From Octopus sinensis (taxonomy: Eukaryota): a DNA stretch of 64,000 nt. The first letter of the stretch is position 1, and each line of letters begins with the position of its first letter. Positions 24,574 through 36,564 of this stretch are shown in pieces. Location: the NCBI RefSeq assembly GCF_006345805.1, contig NC_043015.1, positions 47,988,001-48,052,000 of the forward strand. Direction: 5' to 3'. The notes beneath the pieces are model-generated. The model saw only the letters and a list, made by a program, of their open reading frames with translations. It ran no database searches and was not told the origin of the DNA. A program made the translations under genes and the position numbers.

Positions 24574-26377
24574 CTGAAAATATAGAAAACAGTATTTACA
24601 ATGTGAAATTTGGAAGTTCAGGAATAAGGATTATTGACAATTACAGTAAAGATTATTGACCATTCCAATAAAGATGTAATAACGTTTGAATGAGGATGAT
24701 GATGATGCAGCAGAGAAATGAATGACGAACGATTAATTAATTATGAAGATGGCCATTTATTTAATATCATCATCATCATCATCATCATTTAAAATCAAAA
24801 TCAAAATCGATCAACATCAATGGAAATTTAGCTGTGATACCAGTGCCGGTGGCATGTAAGAGAACCTCCGATCGTGGCCGTTTGCCAGCCTCGTCTGGCA
24901 CGTAAAAAGCACCCACTACACTCTCGGAGTGGTTGGCATTAGGAAGGGCATCCAACTGTCCAACCCATGCTAGTATGGAAAGCAGATGCTAAACGATGAT
25001 GATAATGATGTCTATGCTAGCATGAGTTAGATGGTTTGACAAACTGGCAAGTCAGAGAGTTGCACCAAGTTCCAGTCTGATTTGGTATGCTTTCTACAGC
25101 TAGATGCCTTTCCTAATGCCAACCACTGTGAGAGTGTAATAGACGCTTTTTATGTGCCACCAGCATGGGTGCCACTTACATGACACCAGCGACAGCCACG
25201 ACTACGATTCCATGGGTGCTTAGTCATTACAATATAAAATAAACAACATTGTTGTGTCATTGTGAGTACACATTGTTTATAAATGCAGTAAGATATTTTC
25301 CATGGCTCCATGGTTCGTTCTGTGTGGAGCCTAGCTTTAGCTCTTGGCTGCTAGAAAGAGGGACAGAGTGAAAGTGCCTTTAAAAATAGAGACAGTGATA
25401 TGTCTAATCTCGCATCACTCTTTGAAGGGAAACTAGCTTATGCTCCTGGTTTGGCTTTGCCTTATGTTTACTAATTAAAATAGGTCTGGCTAAAGCAAAA
25501 GATTTCTCCAGAATTATCTTTTCTGACCCTTCCATGACTGGAGGAGGTCGCAGAGATCAACTCATTCACATTAATCTCAAGTGCAGAGGAGAAAACAAAA
25601 GACCTGAAATTTGTTTGGCAGTTAATGAAAACGTGGATTTGGTTTCAAATCCTCTTAGTTATTACTGTAGCTGTTTGCTAAAAAGTCAATCAACTGTACT
25701 AATTGCAAATCAATTGATAAACCAGTGAAACCTAACAAAGAACATCTAACTCAATGTTTCTCTTTCTAAACCTAATGGAACCCTCTCTCTCTTTCGGAGA
25801 GGCACTGAGCACCTACACGCACACATACACACACGGCAGTAACTTCCACCTACCGAATTCAATCACAAAGCTTTGGTCGGCTCGGGGCTATAGCAGAAGA
25901 CACCTGCCCAAAGTGCCACGCAGTGGGACTGAACCCAAAACCATGATTGAAACAAGTAAAAGCACAGGTGTGGTACGCAGTTTCCTTTGTAAGTACATGG
26001 CTACAGGTTCAGTCCCACTACGTGGCACCTTGGGCAAGTATCTTCTGCTATAACCCAAACATGACCAAAGTGTCTTGTGAGTGGAGCTGGTAGGTGGAAA
26101 CTGCATGGAAGCCCATCATGTGGGTACCCACCACCATCATTTGACAACTGATGTTGGTTTGTTTTTGTCTCAGAACATAGCAGTTTGGGCAAAAGAGACC
26201 AAAAGAATAAGCACCAGATTTCATATAAAAAAAAAAAAGTACAAGGGTCAACTTGTTTGGCTAAAACCCTTCAAGGTCATGCCCCAGCATGGCTGCAGTC
26301 CAATGACAGAAACAAGCAAAAGACAAAATTATTATCAAAATTTTTCTACATTTATAAATTACAACAGATTAACTTAC

Positions 26378-26477
26378 TCCGATGCATTTTGCAAATGTTG
26401 TATGCCATACCCACAAGCAACCGTTCTCCTTCAAGTATAAAGATATCCCACAGTCGTAAATTTAAGGAAAATGGTGT
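26378..26477 (-). CDS. USP6NL: USP6NL exon (TPFSLNLRLWDIFILEGERLLVGMAYNICKMHR)
   Basis: ag/gtaagt, 100 nt, phase 0/1; TBC LR.WD motif. Confidence 0.95.
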
Positions 26478-26925
26478 CTGGAAAAAGAGAAATAGGATCA
26501 TTTTAAAAAGTAAACAATCTCAACTTTAAGGAAAAACATTACATGTTGAAAAGTTTCTACAAGTAACCACATGTATTACAATACAACTATCTATCTGTCT
26601 AGGTCGTCCCTCAGGACGCCCCAAAACTGTTTCCACATGTTTTCCCCATTCATCTCAATCTTCCGTAGTGGTCCTGTACCCCTTCCACACCAGTATCCTT
26701 CAAGTTGTCAATATGGGTCGTCTTCCTCCTTCCAACTTATACCAGGGACTACCAAAAGTAACATTGAGGATACAGCATAGTAGGATGAGGCTACCCGGAT
26801 ACTGCATCAGATATTACCGATGAAATTGCTAATAAGCTAATGCTCTGGCAATCAACAGAAGTAAGAACCAGGAGAGGAAGGAGGAAGATGACTTATACAA
26901 TACATGTGGTGTTTTTTCCTGTGTA

Positions 26926-26963
26926 TCTTTCTGTCGAAGAGCATAGGCTCGAAACGTAAAAGA
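26926..26963 (+). ncRNA. Atypical minimal hammerhead-like motif (core CUGUCGA plus one extra A) in a ~170-bp (TA)n-associated repeat
   Basis: ucuuu-CUGUCGA-a-gagc[auag]gcuc-GAA-ACGU-A-aaaga; second family copy at 42891-42926. Confidence 0.55.
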
Positions 26964-27625
26964 CTTTTTCTATTTTTATTCTTGAGTGCTATACTAATAC
27001 ATTTGTTTGTTTGTACTCCACCTGCCTTCGTCTTTTGTTTATTTTCGTAAACTTTCCCTTTATATATATATATGTGGTGAGTGGCAAATTTCCCTGCAGA
27101 AAATTCCACAAGGTAAATTCCACCGTGGAAAATTCCACCATGGGAAATTTGTCATTCACATGTTGTGACAGAGAAATACACAAGTGTATTATTACAGTAG
27201 AAGATACACGACACTCTCTTTGCCACTTCCTCTCTCCCATTGCTATTACTTTCTCTCACTCCCTCTCAGTCATAGCAATTACTCTCATTACTTCTCCTTC
27301 ACTGAATAACTATTGTCTCTCCTCTCCATTCACCATTCACTCCTACTGCATGGTTTTGGACAAATACATATAGATACAAATATATAAAAACACTACACTC
27401 ATTATTATATTAGCAGATGAATTGAATGGGGTACAGTCTGACAGTGTTGCCATACTACACTCTGTCTGCCCACTGTCCACTCTATTTGTGTATGCTAGCA
27501 GATTCTGTGGTGTGTGGCCACAGTGGATTCATTTCAAACTATGTGCCTGCTAATGGGATCAAAGAGTAAAAATACAATACCAAAACAATTAAGAATAAGA
27601 TGTATAAGTATTCTAAATAACTTAC

Positions 27626-27691
27626 TCTGTCAAGGAAACATTGCAAAAACCATTTTATGCTATACAATGATGGATACACTTCTTGCCTCAA
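27626..27691 (-). CDS. USP6NL: USP6NL exon (LRQEVYPSLYSIKWFLQCFLDR)
   Basis: tttttttcag/gtaagt, 66 nt, phase 0/0; KWF..CF motif. Confidence 0.95.
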
Positions 27692-27858
27692 CTGAAAAAA
27701 AGAGAATTCATTTGATATTGTATTTTATGCAAAAATTAAATTTTGCAAAATGCAAAAATTACAGTGACAACGATTATTACATGGATTATAAAGACAAGTG
27801 TACTTTATTTTAAAATATCTGGAAGACAAAGCAGCAATCATATATAAAAATTAAAATA

Positions 27859-28023
27859 CGCAGGAGCGGCTGTGTGGTAAGTAGCTTGCTTACCAAGCAC
27901 ATGGTTCCGGGTTCAGTCCCACTGCGTGGCACCTTGGGCAAGTGTCTTCTACTATAGCCTCGGGCTGACCAAAGCCTTGTGAGTGGATTTGGTAGACGGA
28001 AACTGAAAGAAGCCCGTCGTATG

Positions 28024-28080
<57 letters not shown>

Positions 28081-28281
28081 CTGTGTTTGTCGCCCCAACA
28101 TCGCTTGACAACTGATGCTGGTGTGTTTGCGTCCCCATAACTTAGCAGTTCGGCAAAAGAGACCGATAGGATAAGTACTAGGCTTACAAAGAATAAGTCC
28201 TGGGGTCGATTTGCTCAACTAAAGGCAGTGCTCCAGCATGGCCACAGTCAAATGACTGAAACATGTAAAAGAGTAAAGAGT
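27859..28281 (+). mobile_element. SINE family A, full length
   Basis: Head, (TA)n(TG)n core and gtaaaagagtaaagag tail. Confidence 0.9.
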
Positions 28282-28284
28282 ATA

Positions 28285-28481
28285 CCATATTTCTCAGCAT
28301 ACAAGTCAAATTCTTCAGACTAAAATTTAAAACCAAAAAAAAAGGTAGGGCAACATATAGGACCAAAACAACTTTGAAAGGCCAAAAATTCCATGTGAAA
28401 CGCAGTAGGATTTGGAAAGATAAAGATGACATTTAAATGTTTACACTACATATGTTGACTTGTATGTGCTGGAAAATATGG
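28285..28481. mobile_element. pogo/Tigger-like MITE, TA TSD (related copies at ~30835-31030 and 60869-61062)
   Basis: ta|ccatatttctcagcatacaagtcaa ... ttgacttgtatgtgctggaaaatatgg|ta. Confidence 0.65.
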
Positions 28482-28686
28482 TACATTTAAAAATAAATAA
28501 AATATTTGGCATTACTATTTGATCATTCAAACAAGTTGGTTAAGCATTAGAATAAAATGTTTCATAAACCATTTTCAAGAAAGATAATTATCTGAGCATA
28601 GAATACTTGTAAAAGAGACCAAAAAGAACTAATGAGATAAATATAGAATTATTATAGGTATCAAATTCTTAAAATTAAATGCTTAC

Positions 28687-28781
28687 CAATTGCTTTCGAA
28701 GTTTTCCCAAATACTTTCGAAGAATGTTATCATGGTGTTCTTGAAGTCGGATCAGTTTCGGAAAACCAGGCATAAACAAAC
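28687..28781 (-). CDS. USP6NL: USP6NL exon (G-LFMPGFPKLIRLQEHHDNILRKYLGKLRKQL)
   Basis: ttttag/gtaagc, 95 nt, phase 1/0; GFPKL.R.QEHH motif typical of RN-tre. Confidence 0.95.
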
Positions 28782-28856
28782 CTAAAAGCAAATCACAAGA
28801 GTTCCAACAGTTTTATTAAGAATAAAATACAAGTTTGTTCAACTAAATCCTCAAAA

Positions 28857-29110
28857 TCATCATCATCATCATCATCATCGTTTAACATCCGTTTTCCATG
28901 CTAGCATGGGTTGGACGGTTCAACTGGGGTCTGGGAAGCCAGAAGGCTGCGCCAAGCCCAGTCTGATCTGGCAGTGTTTCTACAGCTGGATGCCCTTCCT
29001 AATGCCAACCACTCCGTGAGTGTAGTGGGTGCTTTTTACGTGCCACCTGCACAGGTGCCAGACGAGGCTGGCAAACGGCCATGATCGGATGGTGCTTTTT
29101 ACGTGCCACT
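28857..29110 (-). mobile_element. SINE family C, truncated
   Basis: (cat)n tail and conserved body. Confidence 0.85.
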
Positions 29111-29760
29111 GTTAATAATAACAATCTTTTCTACTAAAAGAACAGGATCTCAAATTTTAGGAGCAGGGGACGGATGTGTAGGTCGATTACATTGACCCCC
29201 AGTGCTTGACTGGTACTTATTTGAATTACACCCGAAAGGATGAAAAGCAAAGTCCTCTTTGGCAGTATTTGAACATAGAAATGTAAAGTCTGAAATGCTG
29301 TTAAGAATTTTGCCATGTATGTCAGCTTGTTAAATCTTAACTTCTTAAACCGCTCCAATCCGCAGTAGACACGCATTGTGAAATGCTTGAAAATTTAGCG
29401 ACTCGTCACTAGGTGCACAAATTGTTGTCACAAGATATGGCCTGTAACATTTCAAGGTCACATAAGCACACAGAAAGCTTCATAAAAGTTATTACATTCT
29501 GAACACACTTTCCCGTTTTTAGTCTCTATTGCCAGATCTTTGTATGAACAAAGGGTTAAAACACAGAGAACTGTACATAAGAGTTAATAATTCTTTCTAA
29601 TATAGGTAAAAGGCATGAAATTTGGTGGGAAGAGGTTTAGCTATTTACAACTACCTCAGTGCTCAACTGGTACTTAATTTATCACCCCTGAAAGGATAAA
29701 AGGTAAAGTTGACCGTAGCAGCATTTGAACCCAGAACTTAAAGAGCCAGAAGAAATACCA

Positions 29761-29947
29761 ATTTCTTTACTACCCACAAGGGGCTAAACACAGAGAGGAC
29801 AAACAAACAGATTAAGTCGATTACATCGACCCCGAAAGGATGAAAGGCAAAGTCGACCTCAGCAGAATTTGAACTCAGAACTTAACGGCAGACGAAATAC
29901 GGCTGCGCATTTCGTCCGGCGTGCTAACGATTCTGCCAGCTTGCCAC
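29761..29947 (-). mobile_element. SINE family B nested in an older B-like copy
   Basis: Flanking repeat ccagaagaaatacca. Confidence 0.8.
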
Positions 29948-30025
29948 CAGAAGAAATACCACTAAGCATTTTGTCCAGTATGGTAATTATTCTGCCACCA
30001 CATCAAATAATAATAATAATAATAA

Positions 30026-30500
30026 CAGAGCACAAACGATAGAGAGTGGTTGGATATGAAACCTGCAAAATCTGTGGAATTTCCCAATCCAAACAGACCA
30101 GATGCTTGAGTACAAGCCAGACCTAGTGGTGGTGGACAAGGTGAGCCACATGTGCTCTATAACTGATGTTGCATGCCCCTTTGATCCACAAACAGCCAAG
30201 AAGGAAGGCGAAAAAACACACATATACAATCCCCCTCAAGTACAAGATAGCCAAGCTATGAAAAATGATGAAAGGGGAAGATAGTGCCAATTATTGTTTG
30301 GTCTTTGGAGACAGAATCAGAAGGCATCAAGAGAAATTATGAAGGAAGCAGGAACAAGGTGCCCAGTAGAGCAATTTCAAAAGCTTTGTCTCCTTGGCAT
30401 GACCAGAATCTTCGGGAAAGTATTGGATAGTTCAAAAGAACAGATAGCATGGCACCGTAAGCTGCAGGTAGCAAGCCTGCTACATATACAAGACTCCAGG
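30026..30500 (+). pseudogene. Restriction-like endonuclease fragment of an R4/Dong-type non-LTR retrotransposon
   Basis: WNFPIQTDQMLEYKPDLVVVDK...ITDVACPFD...KEGEK and downstream QKLCLLGMTRIFGKVL; directly follows (AAT)n. Confidence 0.65.
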
Positions 30501-30601
30501 AGATCCAACAAAACCTGAGTTAAAAGAATAATAATATTCATGGTAATAACAGCAACAACACAAGTCATTATAAAATATTTAAAAAGAAAATATGAACTCA
30601 C

Positions 30602-30656
30602 CATGCATTCCGTGTTTTTTGTCAGTTAGTAATTGTGAAAGACCCCAGAAAGAATC
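30602..30656 (-). CDS. USP6NL: USP6NL exon (DSFWGLSQLLTDKKHGMH-G)
   Basis: ttttttag/gtgagt, 55 nt, phase 0/1. Confidence 0.95.
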
Positions 30657-31273
30657 CTAAAAAAGAAATGAATGATTATGAACAAAACCAATCAAAATAA
30701 AGGATCAAATCATATAATTATAGGAGATGCAAATTAAAGTTATGTGGGGGTAGACCAGATCATTATTGAGCTAGTGTAGGTCTGTGTTATGCCCTGATTT
30801 ATATTTTTAGAATTTTAATGAAATAAGGGCAGATACTATATTTTCCAGCATACAAGTTGAAATTCTCAGACCAAAATTTGCAGCTAAAAAAAGCAGATTG
30901 ACTTATACACCAGTATGACCTTAGAGGGCCAAAAATTCCGTGTGACACACAGCAGGAATCAGAAAGATAGTGACAATGTTTGAATGTTTACATTACATGT
31001 TTACACTATGTACTACATTGACTTCTATATTAAAAATGCAGAAACAGTTTTGTTATTCCTGTTCATTATACTCTTTCAAAGAGTCGTTACTCATTCTTAC
31101 ATCATTGCTGAGCAGAAAGCAGAAAGATTGTAATATACTGTTGTAAAAACACTTGATTCAAGTAACCTTATACAAATATCCTAAATTACTCATCCAGATC
31201 CTGCAAATATATGAAGGGTGTTAATGGAAAAAAAAAATTCCTGACTTAAGAAATTTATTTGATGAGAAATACC

Positions 31274-31505
31274 TATTTCTTTACTACCCACAAGGGGCTA
31301 AACACAGAGAGGACAAACAAGGACAGACAAACGGATTAAGTCGATTATATCGACCCCCAGTGCATAACTGGTACTTATTTAATCGACCCCGAAAGGATGA
31401 AAGGCAAAGTCGACCTCGGTGGAATTTGAACTCAGAACGTAACGGCAGACGAAATAACGCTAAGCATTTCGCCCGGCGTGCTAACGATTCTGCCAGTCCA
31501 CCGCC
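31274..31505 (-). mobile_element. SINE family B, full length
   Basis: Flanking repeat tttgatgagaaatacc. Confidence 0.9.
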
Positions 31506-31993
31506 TTTGATGAGAAATACCAAAACATAACTGAATCTACCCGCAACACTCAACCAAATGTTTTTAATTTCAAATTTTTGCATTGAGAGGTCACAACTCT
31601 GGTACGAAGGATATGCGAATAGAATGTTGCAGGAAGGAATCATAAGACAGATTCTTGAAGCTGAGCCAACCATCAGGGAGCTTAGGGGTAGACTAAAAAG
31701 GATATGGTTGGATAATATCCATAGTTTCAGTTGGTTGTGCTTGGGAATCGACCAGAAAGTCTAATTACTTCTGATAGGACCCTATAGAGGAGGGGCCTGA
31801 GGACTCTACATCCATGGTCCTCCCAAGAATAGTGGACAGAGAAGATGGATGGACGGATAGTTTGAGCTACAATCAGCATCACTAAATGAATACTTTCAAA
31901 ATGGAGGTATTTACAGGATTTTAGGTATTTCTGGATACATTAAAAATTGCAAGCAAATTTAATTAAGTATTGACTAGTCTTATTTTTAAAATA

Positions 31994-32331
31994 AAAACAC
32001 ACAAAAGCCGTTCGATTCACTTTAACATTTAAGTTTAATTTGTCAAAATATTTTCGTTGCTTTAAGACCGCGACCTGTTCACTGACAAAAATCTGTGGTG
32101 CATATACACACATATATACATACACACGTGTACGTACGTACATACATACATGCATGCATGCATACATGCGTGCATACATACATACGTACATATATATAAC
32201 GAATTAACTGTTACTTTCTCAGATGCAGCACGGATTTTTGTCAGTGAACAGGTCGCGGTCTTAAAGCAACAAAAATATTTTGACAAATTAAACTTAAATG
32301 TTGAAGTGAATCGAACGGCTTTTGTATGTTT
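31994..32331. mobile_element. Inverted repeat (~110-bp arms) around a microsatellite spacer; Penelope-like
   Basis: 31994-32103 vs 32223-32331 are reverse complements; each arm carries a hammerhead-like motif. Confidence 0.75.
32039..32089 (-). ncRNA. Hammerhead-like motif with G3:C8 swapped core (GUGAACA)
   Basis: uuuguca-GUGAACA-g-gucgc[ggucuuaaa]gcaac-GAA-AAUAUU-U-ugacaaa; 7-bp stem I, palindromic stem III; mirror copy 32237-32287 has G12A. Confidence 0.6.
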
Positions 32332-32680
32332 CTTCCACGCTGCAATTGTTTTCATTTTCATTTCAGCACACGATCTCAGATCAAATCACTTGCTATGCAA
32401 GTACATCTCCGTAATTCTTTATAATAATATGTTCATTTATTCAACGTTTGTCTTCCCATGCTAGCATGTGATGGGCAGGATTTTACAGCTGGGTATGCTT
32501 CCTACCACCAAACCATACCTGTTTTCTAAGAAAGGCATACTTTATTTCACAGCTCTTTGAAACCACAGACCAATCGCTCACTATGTCAACAACATTCATT
32601 GTTTCACTCAAGTCATGGTGAGGCTACAGGCGTATTAAACATGGGGATATATAAATATGCTATAAATATTTAGTATTTAC

Positions 32681-32795
32681 CTCTTCATCCAGGTACATCA
32701 GAAGTAGAGCAGCTATTTCACTCATTCCTTGACAATAGCCAACCTCTGTGTTGTACATTGAGTAACCAGACAATACATTGAACAATGCTTTTTGT
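32681..32795 (-). CDS. USP6NL: USP6NL exon ([39 protein letters not shown]), glutamine finger
   Basis: ctattttag/gtaaat, 115 nt, phase 2/0; YxQGM motif. Confidence 0.96.
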
Positions 32796-33397
32796 CTAAA
32801 ATAGAAAGACAACCACAATTTGTATTATATACTGAGAAGCCGACCAATACATTTGATGATGTTGTTTTTTGTCTTTTTTTGCCTGAAATAGAAAATATCC
32901 ACAAAGATTTTTTTGGTGTTGGGGGCCACTTCAAAAGCACATTCTATTACCATCTGATCACCAAGCATGAAGCTATAAACAAATTATTGTTTGTCATATA
33001 AAATCGTTAGTTTTAATGACTTATTCTTCAAACAAAAGTTAATCCTGCCTCTACAATATCGAAAATTGAATGTGAGAGCAAAAAATTATTCCATTTCACT
33101 TTTACTGTTGTTATTTGCCAGAGTAAATATTTGTTCCAAATTTTGACACAAGGCCAGCAATTTGGGGAGAGGGGTTAAGTCAATTACACTGACCCCCAGA
33201 GTTCAACTGGTACTTAGTTTATTGACCCCAGAAAGGCAAAAGGCAAAGTCAACTGCCACAGATTTTGAATGCAGAATGTAAAGATGGACAAAATGCTGCC
33301 AAGAATTTTGCCCAGCGTGCTAACGATTCTGCCAGCTTGTTACCTTTGCCAGAGAAAATATTAAAATGGTTACAAAGCAATGTAACTTAGGTTTTCG

Positions 33398-33795
33398 TTT
33401 ACTCTTTACTCTCTTTTACTTGTTTCAGTCATTTGACTGCGGCCATGCTGGAGCACCGCCTTTAGTCGAGCAAATCGACCCCGGGACTTATTCTTTGTAA
33501 GCCCAGTACTTATTCTATCGGTCTCTTTTGCCGAACCGCTAAGTGACGGTGACGTAAACACACCAGCATCGGTTGTCAAGCAATGCTAGGGGGACAAACA
33601 CAGACACACATACATATATATATACATATATACAACAGGCTTCTTTCAGTTTCTGTCTACCAAATCCACTCACAAGGCATTGGTCGGCCCGGGGCTATAG
33701 CAGAAGACACTTGCTCAAGATGCCACGCAGTGGGACTGAACCCGGAACCATGTGGTTAGTTAGCAAGCTACTTACCACACAGCCACTCCTGCGCC
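33398..33795 (-). mobile_element. SINE family A, full length
   Basis: Near-identical to the 18800 copy in reverse orientation. Confidence 0.9.
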
Positions 33796-33829
33796 TAGAA
33801 TCTTGTTGTTTTTTTTTTTATTACTTCCC

Positions 33830-34200
33830 ACTTTTTGCCACCAAGAAGACCTAACTTTGACACGTGGTGCAAGGAAAGGAAGGTGGTATAGATGGTAAAA
33901 ATGATAATTCCTTGGGAAGCAAACGTCAAAGATGCTTTCTTCCTTCGAGGAAGACAGAAAATACAAATTGAACTAATTGAACTCTGTGAAAACAATGGAT
34001 GGGAGGCAATATGCCTTCTTGTAGAGATAGGTGTTAGAAGATCTGTTGGAACCAGGGATGCTAGGGGGGGCCTTGGATTGGTTGTGAAGAAGACAAAAGA
34101 TGCTACCAGAAGACTGTTGGCAGCCACTGAGAAAGTAAGACATTGCATCTGGCACAAGAGAGAGGGACAGCTGGTACAACAAGAATTAAGAATTTGGCCA
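33830..34200 (+). pseudogene. RLE endonuclease fragment of a Hero/NeSL-like non-LTR retrotransposon
   Basis: IIPWEANV...LCENNGWEAICLLVEIGVRRSVG...ATEKVRHCIWHKR resembles the C-terminal RLE pattern ELTVPWE...GW...VEVGCRG...WIW.KR. Confidence 0.55.
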
Positions 34201-34419
34201 AGAGTCACAACATCTGACTCAACAAAGTTTGTGGCTGTTGTACGAGAATCTTGTTATCTGCATTGGTGGGTGGCACTAGGCAGCTCTGATGTCACTGTAG
34301 GAGGGGCCCAAACACCTACAGAACTGCTTCACCACCTGACAAGATATCGACTCCTGTTTACCCTAAAGATATAGCAAACAGCTTTAGTTACGTTTCGAAG
34401 GATTAAATTTAAGCAAACA

Positions 34420-35530
34420 TCATCATCATTTAATATCCACCTTCCATGCAGGCATGGGTTGGATGGTTTGACTGAAAACTAGAAAGCCAGGGGCTGCACC
34501 AGGTTCAAATATAATTTAGCAAGGTTTCTACGGCTGGTTGCCCTTCCTAACGCCAACCACTCCAAGAGCATAGTGGGTGTTTTTTTCGTGCCATTGACCA
34601 GACACCAGCATCGGTCACGACCATGGTCTCACTTGGCTTGACAGGTCTACACAAGTATGGTATATTGCCAATGGTCTAGGTCACCTGTCACTGCTTCTAT
34701 GAGGCCCAAAGCTTGAACGGTGCTTTTTATGTGCCACCAGCATGGGTGCCAGTCAGATGGTACTGGCATCGGCCACGACTACAATTTCACTCGGTTCAAC
34801 AGGTCTTCACAAGCACAGCATATCACCCAACGACTGAAGGGTGCCTTTAATGGGCCAGTTATGGGACACTGGCATCAGTCATGACTACAATCGCAAACAA
34901 TAGCATAATATAATGCTCCACCATCATCTTTTAACGCCTGTCTTCCATGCTGGCATGGGTCAGACAGTTTGAGAGGATCCAATAAGTTAGAGGACCTCGT
35001 TATGCTCCAATGTAATCATCATCATCATCATCGTTTAACGTCCGTTTTCCTTGCTAGCATGAGTTGGACAGTTCGACCAGGGTCTGGGAAGCCAGGAGGC
35101 TGCACCAGGCTCCAGTCTGATCTGGCAGTGTTTCTACAGCTGGATGCCCTTCCTAACACCAACCACTCTGTGAGTGTGGTGGGTGCTTTTTACGTGCCAC
35201 CAGTATAGGTGCCAGGGGAGGCTGGCAGCGGCCATGATCGGTTAGTGCTTTTTATGTGCCACTGGCACGGAAGCCAGGCAAGGTGGTGCTGGCATTGGCC
35301 ACGTTCAGATGGTGCTTTTTACGTGCCACCAGCACAGGTATCACAACTACAATTTCCATTTGATTTTTATTTTGATGTACTTGACTCAATAGGTCTCCTC
35401 AAGCTCAGTAGGTCACCCTACAATCTAAGGTAAGCACAGCAGGTCGTTCTGCAATCCAAGGTACTTTGGATGGGCTGGGGCTGCTATGCGAAACTGGTGC
35501 AAGAAACAGCCATGGGGGCTCCAGTGTAAT
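34420..35530 (-). mobile_element. Cluster of family C elements (older ~34420-34890, younger 35014-35530)
   Basis: (cat)n tails and conserved bodies. Confidence 0.75.
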
Positions 35531-35602
35531 ATAATTTAATATTATGATCTGGAAACAAAAGCCAGCCTTCTTTCTACAGCAACAAATGAACACCATACTT
35601 AC

Positions 35603-35712
35603 TTCACGCCATATCTATCTCTGAACATTATGTTGTTTCGGTAGGTTCGGTTCACGTCCATATCAATCTGTTTGATATATGGTGAAACTTTTCTTGAGCG
35701 CATTATCATTTT
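35603..35712 (-). CDS. USP6NL: USP6NL exon ([37 protein letters not shown]), arginine finger
   Basis: ttttccag/gtaagt, 110 nt, phase 0/2; IxxDxxR motif. Confidence 0.96.
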
Positions 35713-36050
35713 CTGGAAAATAAAGAAATCAATATTTTAAAATCTGAACAAATTCAAATACTCAGAAAACATGTCAACTTTGTAAATACTGGTTGAATCG
35801 GTGGATCATTTCATCACCAATTGGTGTACATTAAAAACAGGCTTGCTATAGAAACAAAATAACAATTTTTGCTGCTGGATCATCATAAGAAAATCCATTA
35901 GAAAGAGTAATTTCCAAGTAAATAATTCCCCAGTTAAACAAAGCGACATGGTATAATCATCATCATTTAACATTCAAGTGCCATGCTTGAAAGGGTTGGA
36001 TGGGTTCACAAAGATCTGATGGGCCCAAGGGAATGCATTATGCTCCAGTA

Positions 36051-36564
36051 CTGTAAATCCTCGAGTATAATCCGCATTTTTTCCCAAAATTTAACAGTCA
36101 ATATCCCTCGTGCGTACTATATACGAGGTTAAAAATGAAAAAAGTATTTTCTAAGCAATGTCCGAGTTCCTATTTGCTGTTCGGCAATGTTTATTCAAAC
36201 ACATTTTGGAGCAAAAATACACTAAGCTAGGCCCGAAAGCAATGAAGTCTTAAAAGAATCATCCATAACTTGCAGTAAGCAACATTTATTAAAATAAAAG
36301 TATTCAGAACACAGAATAACATGTAACAAAAACAATTTGCAAACATATTTACATTCCCATATAACAGTTAAGAACATCACTATTATTGTATTACGCATGC
36401 ATGGAAGTGTTTGTTCGACTAGGTGCTGCTGGTTTAATTACGCACGACTCAAGTTAGAGAAGGGGTGTGTATTATACACAAAGTTTAGGTTTTTCAGAGG
36501 TACAGCCCCCTAAAAATCCCCTGCGTATTATACTTAAGGGCAGGTTATACTCGAAGATTTACAG
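36051..36564. mobile_element. pogo/Tigger-like non-autonomous DNA transposon, TA TSD
   Basis: ta|ctgtaaatcctcgagtataa ... ttatactcgaagatttacag|ta; interrupts an older repeat. Confidence 0.8.

Noticed and set aside
28540-28600. KWFMKHF-like minus-strand stretch as the 66-nt TBC exon
   Set aside because: No proper splice sites; the true exon is at 27626-27691
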